Origin: Gammaproteobacteria bacterium
Lineage (GTDB): Bacteria > Pseudomonadota > Gammaproteobacteria > Eutrophobiales > Eutrophobiaceae
Direction: 5' to 3'
DNA: 64,000 nucleotides
Assembly: GCA_965116495.1 (NCBI GenBank)
Contig: OZ220696.1
Coordinates: 1,184,001 to 1,248,000, forward strand
Shown here: one piece after another, positions 30,101 through 38,297 of the stretch
How the letters are laid out: every line of letters starts with the position of its first letter
Numbering within the stretch: the stretch's first letter is position 1
Program-made: the position numbers and the translations under genes
Notes under the pieces: generated by a model
Told to the model about the DNA's origin: nothing
The model's input: the letters and a program-made list of their open reading frames with translations, nothing else
Databases searched by the model: none

Positions 30101-30550
30101 GGCGGCAAAGGTAATGACAGTATCCACTCCAACACCGGCAACGACACCTTGTACGGTGGGCCGGGCAATGATTGGATTACAAGCACGGGGGGTGATAATA
30201 CCCTCTACGGTGGACCGGGCAATGATCAACTAAGCACAGACGAAGAAGGCTATAACACCATCCATCCCGGCACAGGGGATAACCGAATCTACCTCGGAGA
30301 AGGAGCCGACACAGTGGTTATCGCACTGAAACCGGATGTTACAAGGGGTGGAATAGACCATATTGATGGGTTCGACCCCTTTGAAGACACGATAGACCTG
30401 ACCGCGTTCAACCTGGACGATGATTATGAACTGAACCTTTTCCTGAATGCCAACGACGCTATGGAACTGGATCTCACGGACGTCGGCGGCGGTAGTATCT
30501 GGTTCCTGGACATCACCGATCCACTGCCGGATGAGGTGTTCATCATCTAA
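27164..30550 (+). CDS. Serralysin-like M10 metalloprotease domain fused to many RTX (GGxGxD) Ca-binding repeats
   Basis: HEIGHSLSLDH, TPMLADI..IQLLYG, DTGGYDTLDFS, IE.A.GG.GDD; many GGxGxDxL nonamers; C-terminal EVFII. Confidence 0.9.
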   Translation: MTAEQTLWGTEASPYNLNPPDNSLWWLIKRLYGEGYDLSDAAVTEAINSYTRNFTVPIRNGVITVHIESLPPEQQQVALRATESWAMLIGHTVTIDNRSVNDNHAPVLLFTNEDAYSATGSNYIAGYGRGYDRLSGMWEITGTINVPTSFYDATNSISAYIHEIGHSLSLDHPGPYTVTGDQSTFINGDPLDRFDARVLSNDHDRFTVLTYFPPLDEENREIPYEPVTPMLADILIIQLLYGKGEKIHHGDTVYGVNADTGSFLEHYFPDMAEENYALTLVDTGGYDTLDFSDHDPAAHDQTLRINLNPYWSSDVYNTPGNVIIGPDTWIERAVGGAGDDHITGNIIDNDLVGNAGDDTLLGGPGNDTLHGGPGRDILDGHTGSDTADYSDSPVGIDVNLDTGTARGGDAAGDTLISIENLTGSSYRDTLTGDANDNILGGGAGADRLDGGPGQDTAAYTTSDNRVQINLATGSISGGDAAGDTFLSIENLAGSGHNDSLTGDAGDNVLTGEAGADVLVGGPGIDTASYLSSDTSVTVRLHALLATGGDAEGDVFGVTMTVSYMQPDGATATETVPDIENLAGSDYDDILAGDRRDNVLNGYAGHDKLYGGPGGGDDTLSGGSGDDSLYGGLGMDLLVGEGGHDALIGGAGNDTLDGGDGDDTLRGGSGADVLMGGAGLDRADYSDSDNAVTVRLHSLASAGGDAQGDIFGNTIPVAYRRADGSTGVESLPDIEHLTGSAHNDILAGDRRDNVLIGGGGDDILYGGPGGGNDTLFGNNGNDTLYGGLGDDVLNGEAGDDQLKGGAGNDILKGGTGRNTLDGGTGRDSASFEFAAAGITANLDDPAESDNLVRQNTLVSIENLTGSNYGDTLIGDAGDNVLAGLNGDDALHGGPGDDVLRGGPGADVLDGGDGMDTADYSQATSGILHTEGDTLNDVEIIIGSDYRDHLFGPDTQPHESYASTGTYTFYRSRTSEDITIQGGKGNDSIHSNTGNDTLYGGPGNDWITSTGGDNTLYGGPGNDQLSTDEEGYNTIHPGTGDNRIYLGEGADTVVIALKPDVTRGGIDHIDGFDPFEDTIDLTAFNLDDDYELNLFLNANDAMELDLTDVGGGSIWFLDITDPLPDEVFII
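28735..29540 (+). repeat. Internal ~160-codon tandem duplication in the RTX protein (approximate limits)
   Basis: VTVRLH...GGDA.GD.FG...PDIE.L.GS...DILAGDRRDNVL...LYGGPGGG.DTL...LYGGLG occurs twice, about 480 bp apart. Confidence 0.8.
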
Positions 30551-30923
30551 GATCAACAGGGACGAAAACGCGAAATGCTCAAATTCATCAAGATGCACCA
30601 TCTGACTGATGATGAATACGGAGCGCTGTAATCGTATCTGATAAGGTGCGTGTCCTGCTGCAAGAACTATATTGGGCTCGCATATGCAGACCTCATCTGT
30701 CATACCTGACAGGGTCGTGGGAAAGCGGGCTGATTACAGACCCTGATAAAGGCGGTACTGCCCTGTCGTCTTATCGGTTGTCATCCGCTGAGCAAAGTTC
30801 ATTTCAAGGGGGGGCTAACAAGTTGAACGTCATCCAGGCTACCAGCCAGGATCAACGTTCCGGCGTGCATGGAATTGGACTTGGCCAGGCCAAACTCTAT
30901 TTCATACACGAGAGAGACAAGGT

Positions 30924-31025
30924 CTACTCGGTGCGGTCGCGCCGGGCGAGGAACCGGGCCAACCAGAGCATGGCCAGGCCGCCCAGTACCGCCGCGAGCG
31001 CTGCAACAGCAAGGGCTGTATTCAT
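30924..31025 (-). CDS. Small single-TM peptide (33 aa)
   Basis: Manual: MNTALAVAALAAVLGGLAMLWLARFLARRDRTE; GGAG RBS; 1 nt after the upstream stop. Confidence 0.55.
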   Translation of the reverse strand: MNTALAVAALAAVLGGLAMLWLARFLARRDRTE

Positions 31026-31026
31026 A

Positions 31027-31194
31027 TCAGTTCTCCAGGCTGGCGGCCCAGATCAAGGCCAAACCGCCCAACGTAATCCCCAGGCTGAGTGGACCCTGGT
31101 CGGCGTTAAATACGCCAGTGACAAGGCCCGTGGCCGTCACGACAACGCCGACTTGTCGTAATGCCGCACTGAGGTGGTCAAAATTTGGTTTCAT
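31027..31194 (-). CDS. Small two-TM membrane protein (55 aa)
   Basis: MKPNFDHLSAALRQVGVVVTATGLVTGVF...LGITLGGLALIWAASLEN; extended -10 TGtTATACT 9 nt upstream. Confidence 0.55.
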   Translation of the reverse strand: MKPNFDHLSAALRQVGVVVTATGLVTGVFNADQGPLSLGITLGGLALIWAASLEN

Positions 31195-31430
31195 CTTTGC
31201 CAAAGTATAACACAGGGCATTCACCAGGTTATCAGAAACAAGGCCGAATCCAGGATCTGGCCATGTCGCTACAGCGTCTCCCCGCCCCCCACCACACCTT
31301 GCAAGGCCAAACCAGTCCGCTGAGAACCAGAATAGCCTGTTGCCCCCTTTTCTGTCCGGCAGCTTTCTATAGCACTCTCTGTGCTCTCTGTTGCGATAAT
31401 ATGGCGGATCCGCTATAATCAGGAACGAAC

Positions 31431-31798
31431 ATGGAAGAATATAAATATATAGAGTGGGTCGGATCGAGTAAAAACGACTTGAAGAAGTTTCCAGCTTATG
31501 TGAAAGATCAGGTCGGTTTTGCCCTTTATCAAGCCCAAATGGGACTAAAACACCGTAATGTGAAATCACTCAGGAATATTGGTTCCAATGTCCTGGAAAT
31601 AGTCTCACGGTATGATGGCAACACTTACCGGGTAGTGTACACAGTTCAGTTCAGTTCAGGAGGGTTGTTTATGTATTACATACTTTCCAGAAGAAGGCCA
31701 AGAGAGGTATATCGACACCAAAGCAGGATATCGATCTGATTAAGCGCAGACTAAAAGCAGCGGCCCAACACTACAAAATCACCTATAGTGAAGATTAG
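31431..31798 (+). pseudogene. RelE/gp49-like toxin, frameshifted by one extra pentamer
   Basis: IEWVGSSKNDL..FP; removing one CAGTT unit at 31642-31659 restores VYVLHTFQKK...DIDLIKRRL to TAG at 31798. Confidence 0.85.
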
Positions 31799-31802
31799 TT
31801 TA

Positions 31803-32129
31803 ATGAATATAGAGAAAATAAAGCTCGAACGTAGTAGCGGTAATGTGTTTACAGACCTGGAACACCCTGACGCCGAGGTTCACCTGTTAAAGGCAGAACT
31901 CGTCATCCGCATTGACAAAATCATACGCCAGCGTAGGCTCAAACAGGTTGAAGCGGCGAAATTGCTTGGATTGTCCCAGCCCGACATTTCGCGACTCCTG
32001 CAAGGAAACTTTCGGGAGTATTCCATAGAGCGCCTCCTGCGCCTGCTGACCATACTTGGACGTGACGTAAAGATGGTTATTCAAAAGTCGGGCCATCACC
32101 AACAAGGAAGGCTAAGTGTCGAAGCGTAG
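31803..32129 (+). CDS. XRE HTH antitoxin
   Basis: SSGNVFTDL...LKQVEAAKLLGLSQPDISRL..G....YS.ERL. Confidence 0.88.
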   Translation: MNIEKIKLERSSGNVFTDLEHPDAEVHLLKAELVIRIDKIIRQRRLKQVEAAKLLGLSQPDISRLLQGNFREYSIERLLRLLTILGRDVKMVIQKSGHHQQGRLSVEA

Positions 32130-32181
32130 ATGCTTCAGGGGTCAGAGTAAAAATTCCAAAAACCAAGGTGGAAAACACGAC

Positions 32182-32469
32182 TCAAGCCGCCTTTTTTGGC
32201 TCTGTGGTAATTTTCAGTTCCCGCCCAACCCTGGCCAGCATATTCACCAGCGCATCAATGCTGAATTTGAAAATATGGCCATTCATCAGTGCGCTTACTT
32301 CAGGCTGGTTGATACAGAGCAAGGCAGCGGCATCCTTCTGTTTAAGTCCTTTCTTACGGATATATTCCCTGATTTCTATCAGTAATTCCGCACGGACTTT
32401 CATGTTGGCGGCTTCCTGTTTGTCGAAACCGATATCCTCAAAGATGTTGTCTGTAGTGATGTCTTTCAT
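32182..32469 (-). CDS. XRE HTH antitoxin
   Basis: NIFEDIGF..EA...LKQKDAA..L.INQPEVS.LMNG...FSID.L. Confidence 0.88.
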   Translation of the reverse strand: MKDITTDNIFEDIGFDKQEAANMKVRAELLIEIREYIRKKGLKQKDAAALLCINQPEVSALMNGHIFKFSIDALVNMLARVGRELKITTEPKKAA

Positions 32470-32473
32470 TGTG

Positions 32474-32797
32474 TCATCTCTTAATCAGTTTGAGCCTGTT
32501 TCTGGCAAGGTCCATGTCTTGTTTGGACGTACGCTGCGTCTTTTTACGGAATGCATGAAGCACGTAAATTGACTCACGGAGTTTGGCAACATAAATAACC
32601 CGGTATTGTCCTTCATACTGGAGCCGGATTTCCCTGACACCTGGACCGATACTGCTCATGGGTTTCCAATCAGCTGGCTCATAACCTGACTGTACGGCCA
32701 TCAGTTCAGCGCCGACCATTTGTCTAACCTTCTCCGGGAAAGATTTCACGTTTTCCCTGGATGTGCCTAACCATGTCACAGGCTTTAAATTCGTCAT
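32474..32797 (-). CDS. RelE/gp49-like toxin
   Basis: DWKPM..IGPGVREIR...YRVIYVAK...YVLHAF.KKT. Confidence 0.9.
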   Translation of the reverse strand: MTNLKPVTWLGTSRENVKSFPEKVRQMVGAELMAVQSGYEPADWKPMSSIGPGVREIRLQYEGQYRVIYVAKLRESIYVLHAFRKKTQRTSKQDMDLARNRLKLIKR

Positions 32798-32843
32798 AAC
32801 GGATTATAGAATATTATCTATAATCCAGTCAAGATGATCCTAG

Positions 32844-32999
32844 CTGGAACTGTCTCTATCGGCGTTTGCCGGCATGCTCGGGGTAAGCCTGCGTATCCTG
32901 CAGGACTGGGAACAAGGCAGGCGGCAGCCGCAAGGCCCGGCTATTGCCCTTCTGCGTATTGCCGAGCAACATCCGAACGTGTTTGCGGATTTAAAATGA
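32844..32999 (+). pseudogene. 5'-truncated HigA-type HTH antitoxin
   Basis: Manual: LELSLSAFAGMLGVSLRILQDWEQGRRQPQGPAIALLRIAEQHP..., preceded by an in-frame stop. Confidence 0.75.
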
Positions 33000-33017
33000 A
33001 TAAATCAAGGTGAGATA

Positions 33018-33040
33018 TGGTGCCGGAAGGGGGAATAGAA
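33018..33040 (-). mobile_element. att site: tRNA 3'-end fragment (probably tRNA-Leu-like)
   Basis: Minus strand TTCTATTCCCCCTTCCGGCACCA resembles a T-arm plus acceptor end with CCA; 13-bp core repeated at 37199-37211. Confidence 0.7.
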
Positions 33041-33162
33041 ATACACTGATAACCTATTGTTTTTAATTTATTTAATATCATCTCCTTGCCTTTTTTCCCA
33101 CGATTTTCCCAACAAGATTTGGATTGATAAAGACGAGTAATTCCAGGGCCGGTACTACTATC

Positions 33163-33933
33163 TTATTCGGTGAACCGTTGCCGCAAGTCTTCCAGCATAG
33201 CGGCTGAAATTGAAAATCTTTCCTCCAGGTAGCGCTCAATTGTTCCGTGATTGTCTTCTATATAGTTCAGGGCGCCCAATATATATTCTGATTTCACGCC
33301 CAGCATGGCAAGGACAGAGGCCCTGTCCATCCCGGTGCCCTCCCCGCCGCCGTACCTGGCCGAAGCCTGGGCAACCTGCTGTTCAGGCACAAAATATTTG
33401 CCGGAAAGCAGGTAATCTTCAACAACAATTTCCCTGGGTACGCCCAGGGCCGATAGCAGGAGAGTTGAGCCAAAACCCGTGCGGTCCTTGCCGGCCGAGC
33501 AATGAATGAGCATCGCCCCATGCTCAAGCTCCGACAGGCACCGGAACATGCCGCTGAATTCATCAACATGGCTTGAAGCAAACTCAACATATATACCACG
33601 CATCATGTCGTCTATACACTGTACGGAGATTCTCTTTCCCGGTCCTGGTTTCACATAGGATTCCATTTGTCCCGGATCGATCGCCAACTGCATAACCTGA
33701 GCGTTATCGGGCAATCGGCTGGGGTCTTTTCGTCTTTCACTTTGCCCCCGGAAATCACAACAATAGACGATATCAAGACCGGAAAGATATTCGATGTCCC
33801 TATCTGTCAGGTCGCTCAATTGGCCTGACCGGAATAACCGGTTCCACTTGACCCGCCGCCCGTCGGTGGTTGGATAACCCCCAAGGTCGCGAAAGTTGAC
33901 GCCGCCCTCCAGCGGTAATAATCGTTCCGGCAT
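33163..33933 (-). CDS. Tyrosine/lipid phosphatase (Y_phosphatase3 / PtpB-like)
   Basis: NFRDLGGY, FRSG.L, DFR...ER, HCSAGKDRTG, DYLLS. Confidence 0.93.
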   Translation of the reverse strand: MPERLLPLEGGVNFRDLGGYPTTDGRRVKWNRLFRSGQLSDLTDRDIEYLSGLDIVYCCDFRGQSERRKDPSRLPDNAQVMQLAIDPGQMESYVKPGPGKRISVQCIDDMMRGIYVEFASSHVDEFSGMFRCLSELEHGAMLIHCSAGKDRTGFGSTLLLSALGVPREIVVEDYLLSGKYFVPEQQVAQASARYGGGEGTGMDRASVLAMLGVKSEYILGALNYIEDNHGTIERYLEERFSISAAMLEDLRQRFTE

Positions 33934-33946
33934 TCGGCTATTCAAC
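33848..33946. repeat. 99-bp direct repeat, copy 1
   Basis: Matches 40532-40630 except one T/C difference. Confidence 0.95.
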
Positions 33947-33983
33947 AGGTTGCGACCACAATTTTCCTGGCCACAGATTTCAT
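33938..33983 (-). pseudogene. Internally deleted DUF3604 paralogue (start fused to last codons)
   Basis: GGAG RBS then MKSVARKIVVATC, versus MKFAVWKIAVAMC at 42505; joins directly to GTTGAATAG, the end of the intact gene. Confidence 0.6.
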
Positions 33984-34063
33984 ATCAGGCTCCTGAAATT
34001 TAAAACGGCAATTATTTGTGGTCACGTCATCATCGAGGAAAACGTATTTGTTGGCCCTTACGT

Positions 34064-34210
34064 GAGACTGTAACAAAAACTGTGTAAACCGCCTATCATT
34101 AACCTTAACTATGGGTGAGGATAGGTATCATGAAAAAACAAGAAATGGAAGCCTTCGCGCATGAAGTAGCGAAGGGCCTTAAGACTGAGGAAGACCTGTG
34201 AACCGCCCCG
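34064..34210 (+). mobile_element. IS256-family left-end remnant cut by an IS3-type terminus
   Basis: GAGACTGTAACAAAAACTGTGTAAA end; ORF stub MKKQEMEAFAHEVAKGLKTEEDL (34130-34201); TGAACCGCCCCG at 34199. Confidence 0.65.
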
Positions 34211-34364
34211 CCAGGGGACATAAGGCATGGAACCGATAAACCACATTTCCTCGCCGTCTACAAGGTCATGACACGAACCATATATGTCCCCAGAACTACT
34301 CTAATAGCTTGCGCAACTGAAGAATGCCCTTGACAATATATGCTTTGTAGAGCATATTTAGAAT

Positions 34365-34733
34365 ATGCTGTGGGAAGTCGGATTGGCTCCGGCCTTCGAC
34401 CTGGAATTCGATGTCCTACCCACTACAGCGCAGGATGAATTGCTTGCGCAGGCGAAGTTGCTGGAGGCATTTGGGCCGGCGCTGGGCCGCCCAAAGGTGG
34501 ACACCCTGAACGGGTCGCGCCACGCCAACATGAAGGAGCTTCGCTTTCAGGCTGGTGACGGGGTGTGGCAGGTCGCTTTTGCCTTTGACCCCCAAAGGAA
34601 GGCCATCCTGCTCGTGGCCGGTGATAAATCGGGCGTAAACGAACGACGTTTTTACAGACAGTTGATAAAGAGGGCGGACGCAAGGTTCAGCATGCATCTC
34701 GACCGGCTGAAAGATGAAAGGAGGACAAGATGA
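34365..34733 (+). CDS. RelE/gp49-like toxin
   Basis: FGPALGRP.VDTL.GSRHANMKELRF...FAFDP.RKAILLVAGDKSG. Confidence 0.9.
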   Translation: MLWEVGLAPAFDLEFDVLPTTAQDELLAQAKLLEAFGPALGRPKVDTLNGSRHANMKELRFQAGDGVWQVAFAFDPQRKAILLVAGDKSGVNERRFYRQLIKRADARFSMHLDRLKDERRTR

Positions 34734-35074
34734 CGACACTCACCAACAGACTGGACAAACTCCCGCCGGCGCGCCGAAAGAAAGTGGAGGAACGCGCCAG
34801 GGAGTTGGTTGCCGAGGAAATGTCCCTGCAAGACCTGCGCAAGGCGCGTAAGCAGACGCAGGTACGCGTTGCAAAGGAACTCGGGATCAATCAGGAGAAC
34901 GTATCCCGTATCGAAAAGCGTAGCGACCTGCTGCTCTCAACCCTCAGCGGTTACGTCGAGGCGATGGGCGGAAAGTTAAGTCTGGTAGCAGAGTTTCCGG
35001 ACCGGCCACCGGTGGCGCTCACCGGGATTGCTGCGCTTGAGGAGGAGAAGCCGGCGGCCAAGACGCGTATTTAG
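34730..35074 (+). CDS. XRE HTH antitoxin
   Basis: LRKARKQTQ..VA..LGINQENVSRIEKRSDLLLSTL..YVEAMGG. Confidence 0.9.
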   Translation: MTTLTNRLDKLPPARRKKVEERARELVAEEMSLQDLRKARKQTQVRVAKELGINQENVSRIEKRSDLLLSTLSGYVEAMGGKLSLVAEFPDRPPVALTGIAALEEEKPAAKTRI

Positions 35075-35328
35075 GGGTCAGGTCGCAGATTGCCCGGTTC
35101 AGTCAAAAACATGACGAAAATTATTGAAAACGGGATAATCTCAGAGATTCCTTAAGTTTGATAGGGACTGTAAATTTTCTGTTTAAGGACACCACGGCGC
35201 AGAAGCTATCGGGGCCCGCAGGGATAATACCCTGCAATACTGGGGTTGGTTTTCAGGGGCGTGCAATAGTGCATGAATATTTAATAAAATTACTTGCATT
35301 ATAAGCTGAAACAGCGTACCATGTGTCC

Positions 35329-35925
35329 ATGAGTGCCGTAGACAAACTGAAACGACATCTCCGCCCGGGGCAGGTCTACCGCCGCGCCGATCTCCTGCCG
35401 TGGTCAAACGCCGTGGACCGGCACCTGAAGCAGCTTGTTGAGGAGGGAACTCTGACTAAGCTATCGGGCGGACTTTACTATTGCCCCAAGCGCACAAACT
35501 TTGGGGCTGCGCCGGCTGGCGATGAAAAGCTTGTCGAAGTGTTTCTGAAAGATCACCGTTTTTTGCTGACGTCACCTAATGCCTACAACGTGCTCGGGGT
35601 GGGCTCAACGCAGCTCTACAACGAGACCGTCGTTTACAACCACAAGCGCCATGGCCGTTTCGATCTTGGCAAACGCACGTTTAATTTTCGGATGAAGCCG
35701 CATTTCCCCTCAAAGCTCTCAAGGGAGTTCCTTCTGGTCGATCTGGTGGACAACCTTGATCGTCTGGCCGAGCACAAACCCTCGCTGCTGGAGGGGGTGA
35801 AAAAGCAGGCACAGAGTGCCGATCATAAGGCCCTGAAAAAAGCCGTTCGCGAGTACGGTGGCGTAAAAGCCAGGAAATTCTTTGGGCCATTATTGGCCCA
35901 AGGGGCAATGCCTCATGCCACATGA
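35329..35925 (+). CDS. AbiEi-like (type IV TA) antitoxin/regulator
   Basis: N-terminal wHTH (VDRHLKQLVEEGTLTKLSGGLYY), AYNVLGVGSTQ; upstream of an AbiEii-like gene. Confidence 0.7.
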   Translation: MSAVDKLKRHLRPGQVYRRADLLPWSNAVDRHLKQLVEEGTLTKLSGGLYYCPKRTNFGAAPAGDEKLVEVFLKDHRFLLTSPNAYNVLGVGSTQLYNETVVYNHKRHGRFDLGKRTFNFRMKPHFPSKLSREFLLVDLVDNLDRLAEHKPSLLEGVKKQAQSADHKALKKAVREYGGVKARKFFGPLLAQGAMPHAT

Positions 35926-36865
35926 ATTTCTTCACCAGGACAAGGAATTTGCCGATCTGATCCGCATCGTTGGTGAGGAGCGCCCCGTCGACTCCGTCCT
36001 AGTCGAAAAAGACTACTGGATCATGCATTGCCTGTACGGCCTGCAACAGATGGGCTTGTCTTTTGATCTCAAGGGTGGAACATCGCTTTCCAAGGGTTAC
36101 GGCATCATCGACAGGTTCTCTGAGGATATCGATATTCGCATAGAGCCTCCCGAGGAGATGAATGTCGCCACTAATCCAAACCAGCAAAAAAAAGCCCACG
36201 ACGAAAGCCGCAAAGCATTCTATGACTGGCTGGCTGAAACGATCTCTATCGACGGGATTACGAGCGTTGTCCGCGATCATGAATTTGATGATGACCATTA
36301 TCGCAGCGGTGGTATTCGCCTTTACTATGACACACAGATAGGAACCCTGGCTGGTTTGAAAGACGGCATCCTTCTTGAAGTGGGTTTTGATGTTGTGACA
36401 CCCAACATGCCGCGCACGATTTCTTCCTGGGCCTACGACTTTGCTGTTGACAAGATTGAAGTGACCGACAACAGGGCCATTGATGTGGCCTGTTATCATC
36501 CTGGCTACACCTTCGTCGAAAAGCTTCAGACCATCTCGACGAAGTTCCGGCAGCAGCAGGAGCAGGGTGACTTCCCGGCCAATTTCATGCGTCACTACTA
36601 CGATATTTTCTGCCTATTGCAGGAACCGGAGGTACGCACGTTCATCGGAACCAGGCACTACAAGGCGCATAAGCAAAACCGGTTTCGCAAGAAAGACAAC
36701 CCTGTTTTGGCCAAAAACGAGGCTTTTCTGCTCAGCGATCTCGCAACACGCGAAATCTATGCCGATGCCTATGCCCGTCCCCGTACGTTGTACTATGCAT
36801 TGAAGCCGGACTTTGAGACTATCATGAATGCGTTGGCAGAGGCAGTAACCATCGAAGGCGTCTGA
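35915..36865 (+). CDS. AbiEii/AbiGii-family nucleotidyltransferase toxin
   Basis: VEKDYW, LKGGTSLSKGY..IDRFSEDIDI, EKL, RHYYD. Confidence 0.9.
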   Translation: MPHEFLHQDKEFADLIRIVGEERPVDSVLVEKDYWIMHCLYGLQQMGLSFDLKGGTSLSKGYGIIDRFSEDIDIRIEPPEEMNVATNPNQQKKAHDESRKAFYDWLAETISIDGITSVVRDHEFDDDHYRSGGIRLYYDTQIGTLAGLKDGILLEVGFDVVTPNMPRTISSWAYDFAVDKIEVTDNRAIDVACYHPGYTFVEKLQTISTKFRQQQEQGDFPANFMRHYYDIFCLLQEPEVRTFIGTRHYKAHKQNRFRKKDNPVLAKNEAFLLSDLATREIYADAYARPRTLYYALKPDFETIMNALAEAVTIEGV

Positions 36866-36869
36866 GCGG

Positions 36870-37040
36870 TCCCGGGTAGCCACCCAAACCGATATCATGA
36901 CGTTCACGATCAATCGTGAGTCGTTGTATCCATGATTTTGTGCCTGCGCGCGTGACTTTCAAATATCGCGTATTGCCGACACGATAAAATCCCGGGGCTT
37001 TAATGGGATTTGCTTCTAATGCGGTCAGTTCTTTTCTCAT
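36870..37040 (-). pseudogene. P4-type tyrosine integrase stub (arm-binding domain only)
   Basis: PGFYRVG..RYLKVTRAGTKSWIQRLTI...RHDIGLGGYP; similarity ends at the AbiEii 3' end. Confidence 0.8.
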
Positions 37041-37295
37041 ATGTTCCTATATGTTCCCAACATTTTTCCCAGCATTTATAAGAAGAATATAGAAGAACAG
37101 AAAAGAAAAGGCAAGAAGCTATTTTACAAAAAATCCTTTTTATTATAAAAGGTTATCGAGCAATATAGGAACTACTGAGAACCACCAAAAAAGAGAAGTG
37201 GTGCCGGAAGGAATATGAATGAACTAATAACCTATTGTTTTTAACGTGCTTTATATTATTCCCATGCTCTATACCCAACGTTTATCCCAACAATA
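37040..37295. mobile_element. attP-like region: tRNA-derived core with arm-type repeats and an IHF-like site
   Basis: Core TGGTGCCGGAAGG at 37199-37211; CCCA(A/G)C repeats on both sides; TAACCTATTGTTTTTA shared with ~33050. Confidence 0.6.
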
Positions 37296-37502
37296 TTTTA
37301 ACCAATAAAGTCAATATTTAGTGTCTGAACTCTACCGGGCCGACCAAGGCAAAGAAATATAGTCTGAAGTTGTACATGGTAACTATATAATAAAACAATA
37401 TTTTTCTCTTTTCTTTCCTGTTACTGTAATTTATAGTAGTACTATACAAAATTTCATGATATCGTCTATTATTAGAAATAATTTGTACTATGGTATAGCA
37501 CT

Positions 37503-38297
37503 ATGGGTAGCCAACCTTCAAAAAGACAACAGCGATTAGCTGCATTAATACGCGCAACGTCCGGCACAATCCGTGGGTCTGACGCCACGCGGGTTCTTGG
37601 CGTTGACCGGCAACATGCATCCAGATTGCTGGCGGGATGGCATAAACAAGGGGTAATCAGGCGGGTTGCACACGGCTTGTATGTTCCTGTTCCGCCGTCT
37701 GCCCTGGGTCAAAAACAGGTGCTTGAAGACCCCTGGGTGCTGGTTCCCGAGTTATACACACCAGGTTACGTCGGTGGCTGGAGTGCCTTGGAACACTGGG
37801 AGTTGACAGAACAGCTTTTCCGGTCAGTCTGTGTACTTACTCCTAAGCGCGTGGCCAATGGTGTAATCACTCATCAAGGTGTCAACTTCTTTATCAAACA
37901 TGTTGCTGAAAAGCATTTATTCGGGACAAAATCCATATGGTTGGGAAATAAGAAGATACTGGTTTCAGACCCATACAAAACACTGTTGGATTGTATCGAT
38001 GACCCGGACCTGGGCGCAGGCTTGCAACATGTAACAGACTGCTTGCTCGAATTTGCGCGAGTGTTCAATAAACAGAGTGATCTTAATGCATTATTGAAAT
38101 ATGCCATCCAATTAGATAACGGCGCATTATTCAAAAAACTGGGTTACCTGGCTGAAACGCTTGAGTTCAAGCCTTCTTTTATCAATGCATGCCGGCAACG
38201 TATTACATCGGGTTATTCCACTCTCGATAAAAAGTCTGAAAAAAATCGTCTGGTTACACGCTGGAATTTATGGGTACCGGGAGATAGGGCGAAATGA
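37503..38297 (+). CDS. AbiEi-family antitoxin
   Basis: wHTH RRVAHGLY, YVGGWSALEHW.LTEQ, VSDPYKTLLD, RWNL. Confidence 0.85.
   Translation: MGSQPSKRQQRLAALIRATSGTIRGSDATRVLGVDRQHASRLLAGWHKQGVIRRVAHGLYVPVPPSALGQKQVLEDPWVLVPELYTPGYVGGWSALEHWELTEQLFRSVCVLTPKRVANGVITHQGVNFFIKHVAEKHLFGTKSIWLGNKKILVSDPYKTLLDCIDDPDLGAGLQHVTDCLLEFARVFNKQSDLNALLKYAIQLDNGALFKKLGYLAETLEFKPSFINACRQRITSGYSTLDKKSEKNRLVTRWNLWVPGDRAK

Noticed and set aside
30646-31569. ORFs of 171, 113 and 180 aa in the track
   Set aside because: They overlap the toxin gene and the small membrane ORFs and lack motifs; only the last 55 aa of the 180-aa ORF look genuine
33018-33040. Complete tRNA gene
   Set aside because: Only the 3' ~23 nt are present; no D or anticodon arm
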